A stretch of 64,000 nt of DNA from Stegostoma tigrinum (lineage: Eukaryota): the NCBI RefSeq assembly GCF_030684315.1, contig NC_081354.1, positions 16,300,226-16,364,225 on the forward strand. The letters are read 5' to 3'. Both the position numbers and the translations under genes were made by a program. Shown here one piece after another: positions 62,528 to 64,000 of this stretch. Numbering within the stretch: position 1 is the stretch's first letter; each line of letters begins with the position of its first letter. The notes beneath the pieces were generated by a model that saw only the letters and a list, made by a program, of their open reading frames with translations, made no database searches and was not told where the DNA came from.

Positions 62528-63060
62528 CTGACAAACTGGAGGCTGGAAGAACACAGCAAGGCAGGCAGCATCTGGAGGAAAGGAGCACTCAACGCCCTTC
62601 TTCAGGACTAGATGTGGAGGTAGGGGGAGCTGCAGATATAAGGAATGGGGGGGAAGGGGTAGAGTTGAACTGGTGGTGATAGGTGGACACTGTTCGCAGC
62701 TACAACCTGGTTGGAAGGATGAATCCGGTTGGTAGCTGGAAGGGAGGGTCAAAAGGTGGAAAGGAAAGGGGGTAGTGGGGCTGGAAGAGGAGGCAGGGGA
62801 TGGGTGCGAAGGTTATTTGAAATTGGAGAACTCAATGTGGTGCCCTCTGGGCTGTAGGGTACCCAGGCAGAACATAAGGTGTTGTTCTTCAAATTTGTGT
62901 TCGACTTCGCCGCGAGACTGGTGGAGGCAGAGGACAGATATGTCGGAGGAAGAATGGGAGTGAGGAGTTGAAACGGGCGGTGACCGGGAGGTTATTTTGG
63001 GCATTATGGGTCAGGAGGGGATGCTCGGCAAAACAGTCACCATGTCTACGCTCGGTGTCA
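62528..63060 (-). mobile_element. Penelope-like element 3' fragment (GIY-YIG C-terminus plus pLTR with a deleted hammerhead)
   Basis: HSSSDISVLCLHQSRGEVEHKFEEQHLMFCLGTLQPRGHHIEFSNFK. Confidence 0.88.
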
Positions 63061-63061
63061 C

Positions 63062-64000
63062 CCATAAGACTATAACCATAAGACCATAAAACATAGGAGC
63101 AGAAATTAGGCCATTCGGCCCATCAAGTCTTCTCTGGCATTTGATCATGGCAGATAATTTCCTCAAGCCTATCCTCCCCCTTTCTCCCCATAGCCCTTGA
63201 TTCCTTTGATAGTCAAGAACCTATCTATCTCGGTCTTAAATGTACTCACTGACCCGGCCTCAACAGCCTTATGTGGCAGTGAATTCCATAGATTCACCAC
63301 TCTCTGGCTGAAGAAATTTCTCCTTATCTCTGTTCTAAAAGGTCTTCCTTTACCTTAAGGCTGTGCCGTGGGTCCTAGCCTCTCCTACCAATGGATGCAT
63401 CTTCCCAACTCTGCCCAGGCCATTCAGTATTCTGTAAGTTTCAATTAGATCCCCTTTCAACCTTCTAAACTCCAATGAGTATAGCCCCAGAATCCTCAAA
63501 TGTTCCTCATATGTTAAGCTTTCTATTCCTGGGACCATTCTCGTGAACTTCCTCTGAACATACTGAAGGGCTAGTACATCATCCTTCCTGAGATATGGGG
63601 CTTAAAACTGCACACAATACTCCAAATGTGGACTGACGAGAGCCTTATAAAGCCTCAGTAGTACATCCCTGCTTTTATATTCAAGTCTTCTCAAAATAAT
63701 TGCCAACATTGTATTTGCCTTCCTGACTGACTCAGCCTGCAAGTTTACCTTGAGAGAACCTTGGACTAGAGCTCACAAGTCTCTTTGCACTTCAGACTTC
63801 TGAATTTTCACCCCAATTAGAAAATAGCCCATGCTTTTATTCTTCTTACCAAAGTGCATGACCTCACAATTTCCCATGTTGTACTCCATCTGCCACATCT
63901 TTGCCCAGTCTCCTAACCTGTCCAAATCTTTCTGCAGCCATGTCACCTCCTCAATACTATCTGTCCCTCCACCTACCTTTGTATCATTTGCAAACTCAGC
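63062..64000 (-). mobile_element. CR1 3' region running off the window end
   Basis: (accataag)n tail at 63062-63096; LGLYSLEFRRLKGDLIETYRIL; tatcatttgcaaac (FA(N)D) at the window end. Confidence 0.93.

Overview
Repeat-rich vertebrate non-coding DNA, almost certainly from a cartilaginous fish (shark). This is inferred from the recognised repeat families: HE1-type V-SINEs, Deu-domain SINEs, shark-type CR1 LINEs and Penelope-like elements. I recognise no host protein-coding gene. Every convincing ORF is transposon-derived: CR1 endonuclease/RT, a second CR1/L2-superclade LINE, the Penelope GIY-YIG C-terminus, and Gypsy RNaseH/integrase. The very long ORFs at 14.9-18.8 kb are artefacts of a gapped CT-rich satellite. 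The most interesting items are: (1) Penelope-derived mini-insertions of 100-230 bp with 12-15 bp TSDs, which begin at a minimal hammerhead-ribozyme motif and in three cases form tail-to-tail hairpins; (2) a one-LTR Gypsy fragment flanked by a 65-bp target duplication; (3) two near-perfect locally templated duplications (181 bp and 52 bp); (4) a six-copy TGTCAA cluster and several enhancer-like unique segments; (5) weak + strand exon candidates. Boundaries of old repeats are approximate, and family names come from motif recognition, not database searches.
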